DNA of 64,000 nucleotides from Negaprion brevirostris (Eukaryota), in contig JARDVH010000084.1 in assembly GCA_030324005.1 (NCBI GenBank), positions 92,718,927 through 92,782,926 of the forward strand, in the 5' to 3' direction. Shown here one piece after another: positions 40,306 to 54,490 of the stretch; the first letter of the stretch is position 1; each line of letters starts with the position of its first letter. The notes beneath the pieces are model-generated. The model was given only the letters and a program-made list of their open reading frames with translations, was not told the origin of the DNA and made no database searches. The position numbers and the translations under genes are program-made.

Positions 40306-41544
40306 ACCAGGGATTGACAATGTCTTTTAAAAATAATAAAGACGAACATCGTGCATAACGTTACAAATCGAGGCAGAAAGAATCCTTCTCTCCGAACTGG
40401 TCAAGCTCGAACTTAATCAAAGGTTCATTTTTGGTACTGGAATTTTGAAGTACAACAAAGCAAGTAAAAAGTCCATGTGCTGCTACACATCCACGCTGAT
40501 GTGATGGAATAGCGATTTAACTAAATAACGAATATCGCTTGGAACTGAAGAGTACTTCTAATTGCGGATGCTTCGTATCTTCCCGCCCCCCAACGGTTGA
40601 TGATGTTGGTTTGAAGGGCAGAATTCAGCAGAGGGGCGTCGTTGTTTCGCTCCGCAGTTTGCACATGTAACACATTGGAACCATAGGCTTGTTCCGTTCC
40701 ACGGAATTAAATTCGAAGTAAGCAACCGGTACTCCGAATGGCATTGGATTGCCATCTCGACTAGTGAAGCATATCTAAACATCACAGTTACACCTGTCAA
40801 CTGTTTACACAGTGATTTGCAGGACAACAGAAAAAAAAACGGTGCTACGAACAGTAAACGTGGCGCATCCGGCAAAGTGAAGTCAAATTAGTTGAATTGA
40901 AGCTCACTTTATTAGAAAACATTATTAGACGGAAACTGTACAGCAGGCACCAATATTCCGTTTAAGGTTGATTCGAGAATGGTGAGAAACAAATCGAATG
41001 CTCAGCTACTTCCAGCAAGATGTATAGTTTCCTTGTGGTTTAAGAAATGTACCCCTATTGCATTACAATCCCCACTGCTTAATTTCCGTGTCTTGATTTT
41101 GCCAGCGATGACATAGACGGAATTTGTAGATAAAATTCAATAAATTTAACCTGCACTATTTGAGGATTTGAGATGCAGTGTCACAAACGCTGGGGAAGCA
41201 AATGACAGTATGGTAATTTCAAACATTCGCAGGGGCGATGGTACTGTAGTCTGCAACGAGTGCAAGCGAACTTCATGCAGATATGTGAGCCCCAGTGTGT
41301 AAACGAACAACTACAATAACTTTTTTTTTAATTATGAAGGTCATATTTTCCCACGACTAGTTAGATGACTTGACGTAAATGTCTTGCCATAAATTCCCAC
41401 GCAGGTATTTCTTATTTCACACAGTACACGATAAAGAAAATTCTGCAGCCGTGTCCTCGCACTCGGATTCTATAACGTTATTTCCAGAGTTTCGGGAATT
41501 TGACATTGTAGTTTTTCAATACACTTATATTCTACATTTCTTAC

Positions 41545-41580
41545 CTATCAGTGGAATGGAAGATCTCAAAGTTTCCAGTT
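41545..41580 (-). CDS. Candidate 36-nt phase-1 micro-exon (x-LETLRSSIPLI)
   Basis: actctctcctacag|AACTGGAAACTTTGAGATCTTCCATTCCACTGATAG|gtaaga; strong acceptor and donor. Confidence 0.72.
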
Positions 41581-43619
41581 CTGTAGGAGAGAGTCCTTTT
41601 TTTTTAGCAAACTCCATTTCCGCTGGGATTGAATCACAATGTAAGTTATACGTAAGACTGAACATTCATTTTAAAACAAAAAAAAATGCAGTGTCCACCA
41701 TCTCAAAAAATGAGTTTTTTTTAAATGGAAATCTTGTCCTGTTCCCAAATATCTATCTAGCCAAAAGGGATGTTTTGGGGAGACAACAGTTTCTAGGTGC
41801 ATACACTGATATATTCAATTACTGGTGATCACCGGCTCCCAATATCGTCACTATTTTTCTATCCAATTAAAATAAATGATGTTAAAATAAGCTACTTCTC
41901 TTGATCAATTATGCATAGGTGCTACTGATTGTTTCAGTGTTCTTTTCTCAGATGTAGAAAAAAAAACAGCCTGCGTTATACACTTTTCTGCTGTCCCCAT
42001 CTGTTTCAAATGACAATCAAACAGTTTCTAGAAAGGACAAATCCCCGACTTGAACGAACAAATTCCGAGACAGCGTATTTGCCATTCTCTAAATATAGAG
42101 AATGCCAATTGGCGTTCAGTCATCGCACTGTATTCCGAATACCATGGACGTTTTCTCAGAGAAAATGTATAATGTAGTCTGTTGCAATTATTTTCCTTGC
42201 AAATATTGAACAAACATTTTTAAGCTCCACTAACACATTAATATTAATATTTTAATTACGCACGCTTTTTCTTCGCAGTCAATAAATATGACAGCTACGG
42301 AGAGGATAATGAAAGCAATTCGAACGAAGGAACACATTTCCGTATTCATTTTGGGGAAACAACAACAAATTGATGCAATTGCGTGGTTTGTTGTTTCCGA
42401 GAGCACTTGACAGCTTGACAAACTATCAAGACCTTGAAGGCACCAGTCACGTGGATCATGTCGTCGCTAAACGACATGAGTGAAAACAAATGTGAAGGGC
42501 GCAGTTGGAATTTAGGAACATCAAATGCACATTACAGTCGCTATAGGTGGATTACAATCTTGATCATCGTTATTGATGAAAATGAATTAATTTCCACACG
42601 AATGCGTTCAAATAGACTTCCAACAGAGAGAGTTTGCAGTTCAATAACTCACCTCAAAGCTACAGGCCAGGGATGTGATGTACTATGTTCAATTTGGTCC
42701 CAAAGCATTTGCAAAAAAAAATCCACACGACACAAAACAGAAAAGCTGGACCATTTAACCCACTAACTATTCGCTCTGACCTACATTGGGACACAGTGAC
42801 AAAAGCCGGTCCTGCCAAAAAAAAAGCTGTAAAAATCCTCATGATGATGATTTGGAAATATTTTAAAGGCCTGTGATTTACATTTTTGCAAAAGGACAGA
42901 ACATGCATAGTTTTAGCAGCACTTGCGATCCATGGTGCAATTGGTGACTTAGCAATATTTACTTTATCCTTCATTGCCGTTAAACAATTTTGGAACTGTT
43001 TTCTGCTGGCCCTCAATGACAACTCATTCCCATCTACTGAAGTTTAGTTCAGGTTTGGTAAAATTTGTTGGACTTTGCGGTCATGCCCCCCCCCCCACCG
43101 CCCCCCCACCCCCCAACCCCTCCAACCCACAAAACAAATGTTAATTCCAATAAAGAANNNNNNNNNNNNNNNNNNNNNNNNNNNNNNNNNNNNNNNNNNN
43201 NNNNNNNNNNNNNNNNNNNNNNNNNNNNNNNNNNGTCTGTTAAATATCCGTCATGCCGAAGAATCTATTGCAATGAATGCAACTGAATGCAACTTTGTCA
43301 CTGAAAGACTGCCTGAAATGAAGTCAACCATTTTGTGCTGTAGCATGTGAGTGATAACTATTCCAGTATTCAACGCGGCATCTTAAAATTTTAATGAGAA
43401 AACTGCCCATATTGGAAGGGTGATCTGATTCACAGGGATAGACTTTAATATTATCAAGGTAGCCATTAAACGGCCGAATTTCACAAATGGCACACTCCGT
43501 AATTTTTGGTGTCAATAAGGTTATGTCTCACATCGACATTTACTTACTGCATTTTCCCCAATTGATTACACCATGATTTCCAAAGTCCCTCCCCGATCTC
43601 TCCTTAGTGTTGGTTTTAC

Positions 43620-45160
43620 AGTCTTTGAAGTTTGCAACAGGCCCTTTGGCCCAACTTATCCATGACAACCTTTATTAAAAGTGCGAAGCTCGTTTCAACT
43701 GCCCACGTTTTGCGCATTTCCCTCATACCCATTGTACCTATGTAATTTTCTAAACGTTTTTTAAGATTAAAATTGTAACCATCCAACTATTACATCTAAC
43801 AGATTGTTCCAGACACGCTACGTGTCAAATAATTCCCTCTCTGGACTCTTTTGTTTCTCTCCCTTCTTACCGTAGCCCTATGACATTAATTCCTTGATTC
43901 CCTTACATTTGGGAAATAATATTGACTATCTGACTGATCAATTACACTCATTATTTTGTAGACCTCAATAACTTCACCCCTCTACCTTCTACGCTCCAGA
44001 GAAAAATGGTCCCAGTCTATTCAGTGTCTCCTCATAACTGAAACAATTAAGTCTTGATCGCATCCTAGTAATTCTTTTCTGTGTTCTTTCTTGTTTACTT
44101 ATATGTTTTGCATAATAGGGTGACAAGAGCTATACAAAATATTCCTGGTGTGGCCTTACCAATGTCTTGTACAACTTCAACAAAACGTCTCAATTCCTGT
44201 GTTCAATGTTCTGACCAAAGAAATCAAGAATTTGAAGTCGTTTCTCACCATTCTGTCCAATAGGTTATGAACATGTACCCTTAGATCTCTTTGCTCCATA
44301 ACTCTCCCCAACCCCCTACTACTTAGTGATTAATCTTGCCCTGGTTCAGTCTACCAACATGTATCACCTTGCATTCATCGACATTAAACTCCACCTACCA
44401 TTTGTCAGCCATCTGGTCACAAGATCCCATTGTCATCCGAGGTAACCTTCTTCACTCTCCACAATGACACCAGTCATGGTGTCATCTGCAAGCTTACTAA
44501 CTATTCCTACGAAATTTTCATTCAAACCATTCATATAAACGACAAACAACAGTGGACACAACACCGATCCCTGAGGCAAAACGATGGTCACAGATCTCCA
44601 GTTTCAAAAACAATCCACTAAAACCTCCTTTGTTATATGTCATCAAGTTAGTTTTGAACTTGTTTGGCTATCTCACTCTGGATCCCGGGAGATTTTACCT
44701 GATGCAACAAGCTACCACGCAGTACTTGTCAATGGCCTTGCTCGATCCAAGCAAACAACATCAACTGCACGGCCCTCATCTACCTGCTCGGTTACCCCTT
44801 AAAAAAATTCGATCAATTTTATGAGACATGATTTTACACTCACAAAGACAAGCTGACGGCCCCCAATTAGTCGTCGGCCTTCTAAATGCCTGTAGTCCCC
44901 TCTCAGAATACTTTCCAACAACTTACCCATTATGGACGTGAGGTTCGCTCGCCTGTAATTACCTGATTTTATTTTTCTCGCTGCAGCCCTTTTTAAACAA
45001 AGGCAAAACGTTTGCCACCGTTCAATCTTCAGGGCCCTCAACTGCGGCTGCCGATGATTCAAATACATGTGTTCATGGGACCCGCAGTTTCCTCCGTAGC
45101 CTCGCACAATGTCTTAAGATTCACTTCATCATGTCTTGGGGGTTTATCTAACTTGATGGT
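43620..45160 (-). mobile_element. Decayed CR1 ORF2 3' part
   Basis: GNYRRANLTSIMGKLLESILR...KSCLIKLIEFF; SKLADD-like RT core near 44480-44500. Confidence 0.88.
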
Positions 45161-46059
45161 CGATCCTTTTTTTTCTTTCTTTTTTTAACAGGTTTTCCTT
45201 AACGACTTTGTGTGTGATTTTTCGAAAAGAATTCTAAGCGCCGAATTCGCGTTAAAACTGGAATACATTCTACTCTTTTTCTTCAGCGGGATCTCTCCAN
45301 NNNNNNNNNNNNNNNNNNNNNNNNNNNNNNNNNNNNNNNNNNNNNNNNNNNTAGGGACGACTTCTGCTGAAGAGGACAGCTGCATCGCTCTGACCATGTG
45401 ACAGTCTGTCAGCGCCAAGTTAGGCGCTTGGACGGTAGCCCACACTGTGGTGTCTCGACTGCTGGCCATCTAATTCACCGTGAACGCGCTTTGCTGCAAG
45501 TGCAAACACCACAGGACCCAATTGGTGGTCTTCAGGACGTTTCCAGGCCTGCCAGGACTCCCTTCCCCCACAGATTGAATCTCGTCCTTCCCAGTCCCGA
45601 TATCCAAGTTGCGCCACCCAACAAACATCTCCCGATCTGCTCCGCCCCGCCCTCAACCCCTGAACTCCCATTGACAGACACGACTCCTACCCCGCAGTCC
45701 CAACCCTCCCTTGCAAGCCAGGGACAAATAATGGTATGGTAATAATCAATGTCATGATTTCTTCAGCTCTGCGCTAGTGTATGGTGTGGAACTGACAGTG
45801 TCGGAGGTTTGGTGCTTGGAAACACGCAGAGGCCATGGCTAGAAACCTCCATTTAAGTGTCCCGATCCGCTGCATTGCTTGAGGTGTGAGAATCAGCCCG
45901 TTTAAAAAAAAATCATTTCGATCCAGGCGCTGATCATTGGAGGCATTGAAAGATATGTGCTTGGTTCTCTCCCTTTTCAGAACCTGTTTGGTTTTAGTAT
46001 GTCAAATAATAAAAACGCATTTGAAATCAAGATGTCGCCTTGTGCCTGAAGGCAAGCGC

Positions 46060-46336
46060 TCTAATAGGAGGCAGAGAGTTGATATCAATGGGTGCTATTC
46101 TGTTTGGCGGTTGGTGACTAGTGGAGTGCCGCAGGGATCGGTGCTGGGGCCACAGCTATTTNNNNNNNNNNNNNNNNNNNNNNNNNNNNNNNNNNNNNNN
46201 NNNNNNNNNNNNNNNNNNNNNNNNNNNNNNNNNNNNNNNNNNNNNNNNNNNNNNNNNNNNNAATGGCGGGGCAGGCTCGAAGGGCTAGATGGCATACTCC
46301 TGCTCCTATTTCTTATGTTCTTATGTTATGTTCTTA
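46060..46336 (+). mobile_element. Young CR1 fragment spanning an N gap
   Basis: RRQRVDING...VTSGVPQGSVLGPQLF, then gap, then intact 3' UTR and (ttatgttc)n tail. Confidence 0.92.
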
Positions 46337-48099
46337 AAAATCCCTGAGATAAAACCTCATCACACTTTTCTTTGCGAAGACACTGTTCCTTTATTATGTG
46401 CGGTGTAGACATTTTATCTGCAGTTTTTTTGTTTTTCAGCGGACGTGGAGTGTTTAATTGTATTGTCCTGCGGTCCTGCCATTATTTTCTAAACGGCATC
46501 ATTTATTGTGTTTTTTTTTTTAGGTCTAATGCATTGCACTAGTGTTTTGCGATCTTTCTTGAATTGTCAGGTGGAGCAGGGGTGACAGGTTAGATTGGTC
46601 ATTGGTACATTCGTTTTTAACAGGGGCAATCGAGGGGTTTAGTATTCAGTGTTTGGGATCACGCTTTGTGGCCAGCCGCCTTGAAGCAGTGTTGTCTGTC
46701 TCCTTCTGGAGTGAACATTCTGCTGACGTAAGATGCAGCTATAAGCTAGAGGTGCCCACTATTACTGGGTGCATCAAGGTGTGCTGCAAGTTTCAGGATT
46801 AAGAATACCTCCGCGTTTTCACTTCAATGTCTAAAGTGGTAAACTTAAAGATCCAGCATCATATGAGCATACTTGATTTATTTGCCAAATCTGGAACGGT
46901 GTGTATGTTTGTGGGGTCTGTTGAATTAGAACAGCATGCTTAGCTATCAAGATTCATACAAAGTTATGGGTGTGTCTTGTAATTGGTCATCGCTATTGCT
47001 GATTGTTCCTAATTATAGTTTAGCTGTACCCTTACGTGAACTTTGATAAAACATTTCGAGGGGCTCACTTGTGTCACATTTCGAATGATACATCTTATCA
47101 AATTCAACGTGCAAAAGTTATCGTCAAGACTGACTTTCAAAAACCTTTTTCTGCATTTGTCCCAGATCAGAAAATCTAACATACACTCGGTGCGAGAATA
47201 TCGCAGCCCACTAATTGCTAGCATCCATCTTCGTTCAAAATGTTCGCAATACATGCGCAATTGGTCCATGAATACTGACACTCAATATTTTTGTTTGGTT
47301 TCAATCCTTCAGAAATTGTGCCATTGATTGTCATTTGAACCTCCTAAGCATGCTTTTGCGTAATCCTGCTCCCTTTCGCAACAGGATATTCTTCTGCCGG
47401 AGCACTGAGCATTGTAATTTGCAGCCAAAAAAATAAAGGACTCCTTCACTCGTCTCTTCAAAGTCAAGATAGTTAGGAAAGTTTATGTTTTTGACCATCA
47501 GCCGTAATATCATCTCATCTACTTGAGAGAAGTCTGCCTCACATTTCTCTTTTAAATTTCCCGAGGCAGGTACATATGTAAAGGTGGAAAATGTTTTTTA
47601 TCGTTCATATTTCTTTTTTTAAAAAATCACAGACCAGCGCTGCATTACAATTAAATTACTCAATATCACAGTTTTGAAAGATCATTGTAGTAATATTGTC
47701 CGTGCTAAATGTATAGTTAATCTGATAAATCCTTTCNNNNNNNNNNTGCATCATTTACTTTAATTGAATTGTAACGAAAGAAAAACAAGAACATGTTTGT
47801 ATTGATTTCCTGCCAATTTTATGCATTCATGCATTGAACATCTCGACAATCACCTACAAACAAACGCGTATAAGTACCGTTTATTGCAGCAGTCAATTAG
47901 AACGTTTTTGCATCAGACTGCTATGATTGAAAGTAAATGAAAAACTGTATTAATCCAGGTTGTCCTGCCGAATTTCAAGCTCTATTTAAAGAAAATTGAA
48001 CCATTTACCTAATAATATATCCTTATCAAATTGTCAGGATTTTACTGATTAAGCCAGCCCCCCTCCTCCGCACATCAGCACTTGGAGGGGGAGATATTA

Positions 48100-48750
48100 T
48101 CCCAGCTGTCGGGGTCGGAGCCAGGGAGTGGAATTAATTGGATTGCTCTTTCAAAGAGTTGGCATAGGCACAATGGGTTGAATGGCCTCCTTCTTCTGCA
48201 CTGTGGGTGTTCCCCAAGGATCTATCCAAGGCCCCCCTCCCATTTCTCGCCTACGTGCTGCCTCTCAAGTGACACCATCATAAACATTGGGAAGACTGAA
48301 GCCATTATATTTGCTCCTTGTCACTGAGTCCATCCATTTCCCCAGCAAATCCGAGGCTGAACGAAACTGTTCAGAGTCTTGGTGTCTGGTTTGACCCCAA
48401 GATGAGCTTCCAATTGCATCCCCAACTAGAGAGAATCGGAACCATTGCTCTCTGCCATCACTGAATCTCCCATTATCAACATCCTGGGAAAAACTGAACT
48501 GGACTAGCCATACTCTGGCTACAATTGCAGATCAAGACACCGGGAATCCTGTATGGAGTAACTCACTGTTCACCATCTACAAGTCAGGAGTGTGATGGAA
48601 TACTCCTCACGTGTCTGGATGACTGCAGCTCCAGCAACACTCAAGAAGCTCAACCAGGACAAAGCAACCTGCTTGATTGGCACTGCACCCCATCCACAAA
48701 CATTCGCTACTTCCACCACCAACAAATAGTGGCAGCCGTGTGTACCGGTT
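48100..48750 (+). mobile_element. Patchwork of CR1 3' end and L2-type fragments
   Basis: CR1 tail to about 48203, then VPQGSI and NIGKTEAIIF (L2 RT), then a caggagtgtgatggaatact...actcaagaagctc segment. Confidence 0.7.
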
Positions 48751-49261
48751 TGATGATGTGATTTGGAAGATCACGTTCTTTAAATATTTAATTTGTGACA
48801 TTTTTGTAACTGGGTTCATTTTTTATGTATTTTTGAAGAAAATGAAGCCGTTTGCCTAATACTATATCCAATAGATGCATTGGAAAGGGGGCGGAAGAGA
48901 TTGACCAGGTTTGGAGGATATGGACAATGAAGAAAGGTCGAACAAACTTGGATTGTTTTCATTGGTGCGTCGGGGCATGTGGGNNNNNNNNNNNNNNNNN
49001 NNNNNNNNNNNNNNNNNNNNNNNNNNNNNNNNNNNNNNNNNNNNNNNNNNNNNNNNNNNNNNNNNNNNNNNNNNNNNNNNNNNCTTCCGTTCGGGAATAG
49101 GCCCTACCTCTGAAATGAAATGAGATTCACCTTGTTGGTCTCTGAACTATACAGATTGCGGGAAATTCTAATGTGAACGCCCTCTAAAAAGAACTAGAAT
49201 TGCTTCAGTTTTCCCGCAACTTCAACACTTAGAAATTTTGAGTAGAATTCCGCTCACTCAC

Positions 49262-49288
49262 TATCAGCTTGACACTTTCCGTCCAATT
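49262..49288 (-). CDS. Candidate 27-nt phase-1 micro-exon (E-LDGKCQAD)
   Basis: gttctttatttag|AATTGGACGGAAAGTGTCAAGCTGATA|gtgagt; 198-nt intron from the preceding exon. Confidence 0.68.
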
Positions 49289-49486
49289 CTAAATAAAGAA
49301 CAAACAGTCTAATGCAAAATGACCATTTGCACCATATTTTAAATGCAGTTATTAATGACATAAGAGTGAAAATGATCCATTGTGTGTCATACTGACGTAT
49401 CAATAAGTACAGAATAATTAGTACACAATGTTGGCAAATTAATTCAAAATATTTAGTTGAACTTTAAATTTTGATGTTTTTTTCAC

Positions 49487-49513
49487 CTTCTTCCTTTTGA
49501 CGTAACTTTTCTT
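49487..49513 (-). CDS. Candidate 27-nt phase-1 micro-exon (E-EKLRQKEE)
   Basis: gatcttcttcccag|AAGAAAAGTTACGTCAAAAGGAAGAAG|gtgaaa; purine-rich, coiled-coil-type peptide. Confidence 0.72.
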
Positions 49514-49889
49514 CTGGGAAGAAGATCGAATGTTATTGAATACATGTTCGAAATATAGTTTCTAATGCTTAGCATGTTGCTAACATCCGAAAGGATTTAT
49601 ATATATCACGTTTTGAAACTTCCCTTAATAACACATTTTTTAAATAAATTTTATTTATTCTTTTTTAAAGTGGCTATTATGACCACATCTTCTAAAAAAA
49701 AAGACATGCCACTACTTCAATGAAGGATCGAACTATCCAATGTTTTGAAATGAACCGATGGTGTTTTGTACGCAAGAGGAATGTTAATACTACAGAACAA
49801 TGATGTGTAGGGATCATGGAATTTGTTTGAAAAGGAGTGTTTACTGGAAGAATATGAAGTTTCAATTACTGACAATTAATTTGAAGGAG

Positions 49890-50340
49890 GTGGAAGTCAT
49901 TGTCCCTACCAACATTTATTGGCCCTCACTATTTGCCGTTGAATGTGTTGAGATAAACTGCAATCTTCAAAACCTCAACATCCCCTATGATACGGCTGCA
50001 CCAATTGTGTTGCTTAGCAGGTAGCTTCGGATTATGACACAGCGACACTGAAGGAACTGCAATATATATGCAAGTCCAAATGCTGAATGGACTGGGACGA
50101 ACTTCAAGTGTCCTTCTCCATGATATGCATCATTGGTTAAGTAAGCAATGTCACAATAAGCTTTGTGAGTTCCTGCAGTAAACCTTAGAGACGGTAAACA
50201 CTGCTTTAATCTGCGGCAATGGTGGATAAATGTTTATAGATGGTATGCTGCTGAAGCAGGCTGTCTTTTTCTGCACTGTGTCGACATTTGAGTGTTGTGG
50301 CAGTTGTGCAATTCCAGGGATATCCTGCATGCGCATTGTA
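49890..50340 (-). mobile_element. Old LINE/SINE 3' fragment related to 48420-48750
   Basis: Reverse-complement similarity (ggtaaacactgct...ggcaatggtgga...tgtttatagatgg). Confidence 0.5.
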
Positions 50341-50845
50341 ATTTCAGGTGAAAACTCAACTTGTTGTTTTGTTAATTAATGGGCTTTGAAAAGATCCACA
50401 CAGCACTTCAGATAATCTAAAGCACATCGTACTATTAAGCACAATTGGCCATCTTGCATCCAATAAAGTCGCAACGCCCCGGAAGAATTGAACCTGAATA
50501 GAATTGTAATGAACACAATTATTATGACAAAAGTACGTGGAATGTAAACATGCATTGAATTACTTTTTGAATCGAAAATTCAAAAAAAAATACAAAATAA
50601 CATGGATCGGCAGAGTATTCTTTCAGAATTAGTAATGTAAATCTGTGACATCATTTGTCAAAATTTACGGGAAATACTGGTCAGCTTTGGAAGCTACATT
50701 ACTTGTTTGCAGAGTCCAAAATACAACGAGCACAAGTGGAAAACAGAAAATTTAATCAATTAAAACATCATATTTCAATGTAGGCTGGAATAGTTTGCTT
50801 TTATTATTTCCTTACAAAATGGTCGGGAAAATATGTTTTCCTCAC

Positions 50846-50881
50846 CAGCGTTGGTTAGCGCAGTTTTCAACGACTTAATTT
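50846..50881 (-). CDS. Candidate 36-nt phase-1 micro-exon (x-IKSLKTALTNA)
   Basis: ctatcttcccactag|AAATTAAGTCGTTGAAAACTGCGCTAACCAACGCTG|gtgagg; amphipathic helix pattern; same size and pattern as 41545-41580. Confidence 0.7.
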
Positions 50882-51756
50882 CTAGTGGGAAGATAGAACA
50901 CTTGTGAATATTGTTCCACTGATTTACTTCCTTAGCGCAGTTCGCTGCTTGTTTTCTTTCGCAGCTCATTCGGCATTTCGATTGAAATTAGTAGCATCTA
51001 ACAAACGAGAAAGATGTAATCAGCAAGACACGCGTTTCTATTTGCAATTATGCATCAACGTTTCTTCATTTGACTGACTATACCTTGTGTCAAACAAACC
51101 GAAACATTGTTGCCTTAATTCGAACATGAAACCAAATATCATCTTTGAACCTGGTTTATTGGACTAATTGCAGGACGGAGAAGGAGTCTTATGACGACTC
51201 ATAATCACCCAGGGTGGTTTGACCAATAATCACATAAGGCCCCAACATTTTGCGCAACCACAATCAAGATGTTGCTGGCATTGCGAAAGAAGTTTTCCAT
51301 AGGTCATTACTATGCAATCAGAAAAAAAAACAACAGTTGGATTATTTCGACAATCTATGGTCGGGTAGCAGATGAAGAACCTGACAAAAATGCCGGGAGT
51401 GAAGTCAAAGATTTCATTTGACATGACCATTATTTTATTTCACGGAGCATTTTTGGTCGTGAAAAAAAAAATGCATATTAGTTTCCAAGTAGGAGGAGAG
51501 CTGAACCAAATATTCGATCATATAGAGCACGTTTCCCAGCTTCTCAGTGTGTTTTTTTTTTCAACGTTACGTTCAATTCGGTTAAGTACAGAAAGTCTTT
51601 TTTTCTATCTGAACTGCAAGGATTATTGGGGCTAAGGTGACATTTTCTCTCTGCTTGAGACCAAATCCCTCATCCATACATTACTTTACTGGGGCATTTA
51701 ATGACAACACCCTTCTACACCACAACTCATTGTTCTTCCAAATATACTATCCTTAC

Positions 51757-51867
51757 TTCTGCAAATTGATTCTATGCACTCCCATCCTCCAGGTGGTATC
51801 ACGACAACGGACAATATCAACGGTGACGTTGATCCACTTGATGAGTCGTCCGGCAGTTCCTGAAGTT
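51757..51867 (-). CDS. Candidate 111-nt phase-1 exon (ELQELPDDSSSGSTSPLILSVVVIPPGGWECIESICR)
   Basis: tatttcctcatgcatccaccag|AACTTCAGGAA...TGCAGAA|gtaagg; 3n length, open in the same phase as its neighbours; lies in ORF 51698..51898(-). Confidence 0.4.
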
Positions 51868-54235
51868 CTGGTGGATGCATGAGGAAATACAATCTCATTT
51901 ATTTTCTCTCTCTACTGCATGCAGCATGTTATAACCAAATGAAACGCCGTTTTATTTTTCTTTATTGTGAACACATTTTATCAGAATAAGCAACAGCATT
52001 TTTCAAGTATTCCACAGATTGGAGAAAAAAAAAACATTGTTATTAACTCTGCGATTGGAAAAGTTCAATAATTTAGTTGAATAGTTTAGCCTCAAACGTA
52101 ACATGCATGTGAATCTTGAAACGATGCAAAACACATAAGCACAAAGCAAACCGTAAAATAAACGAACACTCTCAGAGATGGATTTTTTTTTTTTATCAAG
52201 CAGTGTTTTTCCTTTAGGCTATGAATATCATAGTATCTAGAGTATACATAGAAAATATAATGTGGAATATGGAACAATTGAAAAAAAGTAACATTCGCCA
52301 CTATATTCACATTTCGAAATTGGACGTCAGAACAGTGGTTCATTCTGCCGTGCAATGGGCGGGACGACGCCGCGAATGTGAGGTCATTGTTTTTTTTTCA
52401 AAGTCTACTATATGTCACTTGAATTTTATCCTTATGTCTGCATACGATGAAGAAATCAAAAATAACCTAACGTCACTGGAGAGGAGGAAAAGTAATAGAC
52501 CAGAGATTCAAATCTGTTCAATGTTATTCGAGCCCACATGAACTCAGGTACTCAGGGAGCTGTACTTTGATAGAGTCTATGCATTATCCAACGTTGAAAC
52601 AATTAGGTTAATATGATAGAAAAGACGAATGAAAATGTATCACGCGCAACAGCGGCACAAATGCCCTGCTATCCGAATGACTGTATCAATATCTGAACAT
52701 GTGCGTCAGGATTCATAGGACTTCCGGACCAGGAGGACAACTTGATAACTCAAAAGAAAAAAAAAATGATGAGAAGCTCCCTGTTTTCGGTGAATGCCGT
52801 TGACAATGCAAAACAGTTCGCAATTTGCATAGGCCTGTAGAAAATACCAGGGAAATTTCGAGGGATTACACTTAGCCCCAAAATTGGTTAAAGAGGCAAC
52901 TGGCTCACAGCCAAAACATCCACTGAACCATTAACTGTAACTGAGCATTACTGCACACGCTCCACGAGCGGGGTCCATGAATAAACTCTCCATAATAACA
53001 GCTTATGCACTCAACAATTTGACGATATTTTCTACCTTCCAATTATCCAACGAATCCAAGCGACTACCGGTAGCCATGACTGAGCTACCACGCCTTCCGC
53101 ACCTAGGAATAATTCAAGTGCCCAGAATCTTTCTGGCTAGACTACCAAAACCTACAACACTTGTTTTTACTCGCGCCAACACTGACACATCTTAACATAA
53201 ATCGGTAGCAACTTTCACACTAGTACATATTTCCTTTAAAATTCCCCCTGACTCGTTTGCCCTCCAACATTGCACAGAATCAAAATCCAGCTCCACGGCT
53301 ACCGTACACCCAAAAACATCGCCACTCCTGATCAAACACGCAACGAATGTTCAACCATTCTATCCGCTCAATTCCCTTCAGTCGTCGATCAAACCAACGC
53401 CCTCACGATATTTATTCCACCCACCATCCTAACCCATTATCAGTCACAGTCTCCCGAAATATGTCGGCTTCCATGATCTCTCGCCTCCCGATTGAAGCGA
53501 ACCATGTAATTAATTGACATTCACCACCAGACAAATCATCACCAAAATTCCAGTAACATTCGATCACAAGTCTATACCAGATCGGATCACAAACTTGCAC
53601 ACATCACGCCTAACACTGGATCACTCAATTACCCTCGCGCTCGGACAAAAACAGCTCCCCGCAACTAACAACAAACCTTAATTTACTAGTTCAATAGCGC
53701 AGTACGTTACTAACTCAATAACACCCGCCTGATTATGCCTAAGTGTCCAAGTGTCCATTACTTCAGCCCCAGCTATGTTTATTTCAATTCTCCTTAAAAC
53801 CATGTCACCTAGTTGAATAGACCACCCACGTGACCACGTCAAGCGCATGCCCAGTCATTGCCGAGCAGTAATCTAAACCTCACCCAGCTAACCCCGTGTC
53901 AAGTCCATACCTCTTTCATATACCAACTTCGGGTGACAAAACGTGCTCAAAGCCAGTTGCTCGATCAACAGCCACCTCGTCCATAAGCCAAATGAGAGAT
54001 CTCCTAGCAGGAGAAACCTACCCCTACACATCAGCAAACATACTCAACCTTGTGATTCTGAGCAACCAACCAAATCCACCTTTTAAAGCCTCATGCCCAC
54101 TAACGAGTCATTTATATTCCTTGACGCTGATAGACCACTTACAACTAGCAAAACAGATCTGCCATAAACTCATTCAGCACGTACCCATCTCATAAAATTA
54201 GCCATCTATCTGGTTCTATATGTTATCCATTCCAA

Positions 54236-54243
54236 CGCACACC

Positions 54244-54322
<79 letters not shown>

Positions 54323-54490
54323 NNNNNNNNNNNNNNNNNNNNNNNNNNNNNNNNNNNNNNNNNNNNNNNNNNNNNNNNNNNNNNNNNNNNNNNNNNNNNN
54401 NNNNNNNNNNNNNNNNNNNNNNACACACTCCTCTCTCTCTCTCTCACACACTCTCACACACACACACACACACACACACAGAGACACACA
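54236..54490. repeat. (CA)n / (CT)n compound microsatellite with internal gap
   Basis: Directly visible. Confidence 0.98.

Noticed and set aside
40808-40835. 12-RSS-like motif CACAGTG-12-ACAGAAAAA
   Set aside because: Nonamer only partly matches and there is no V segment (no YYC) or partner RSS; expected by chance.
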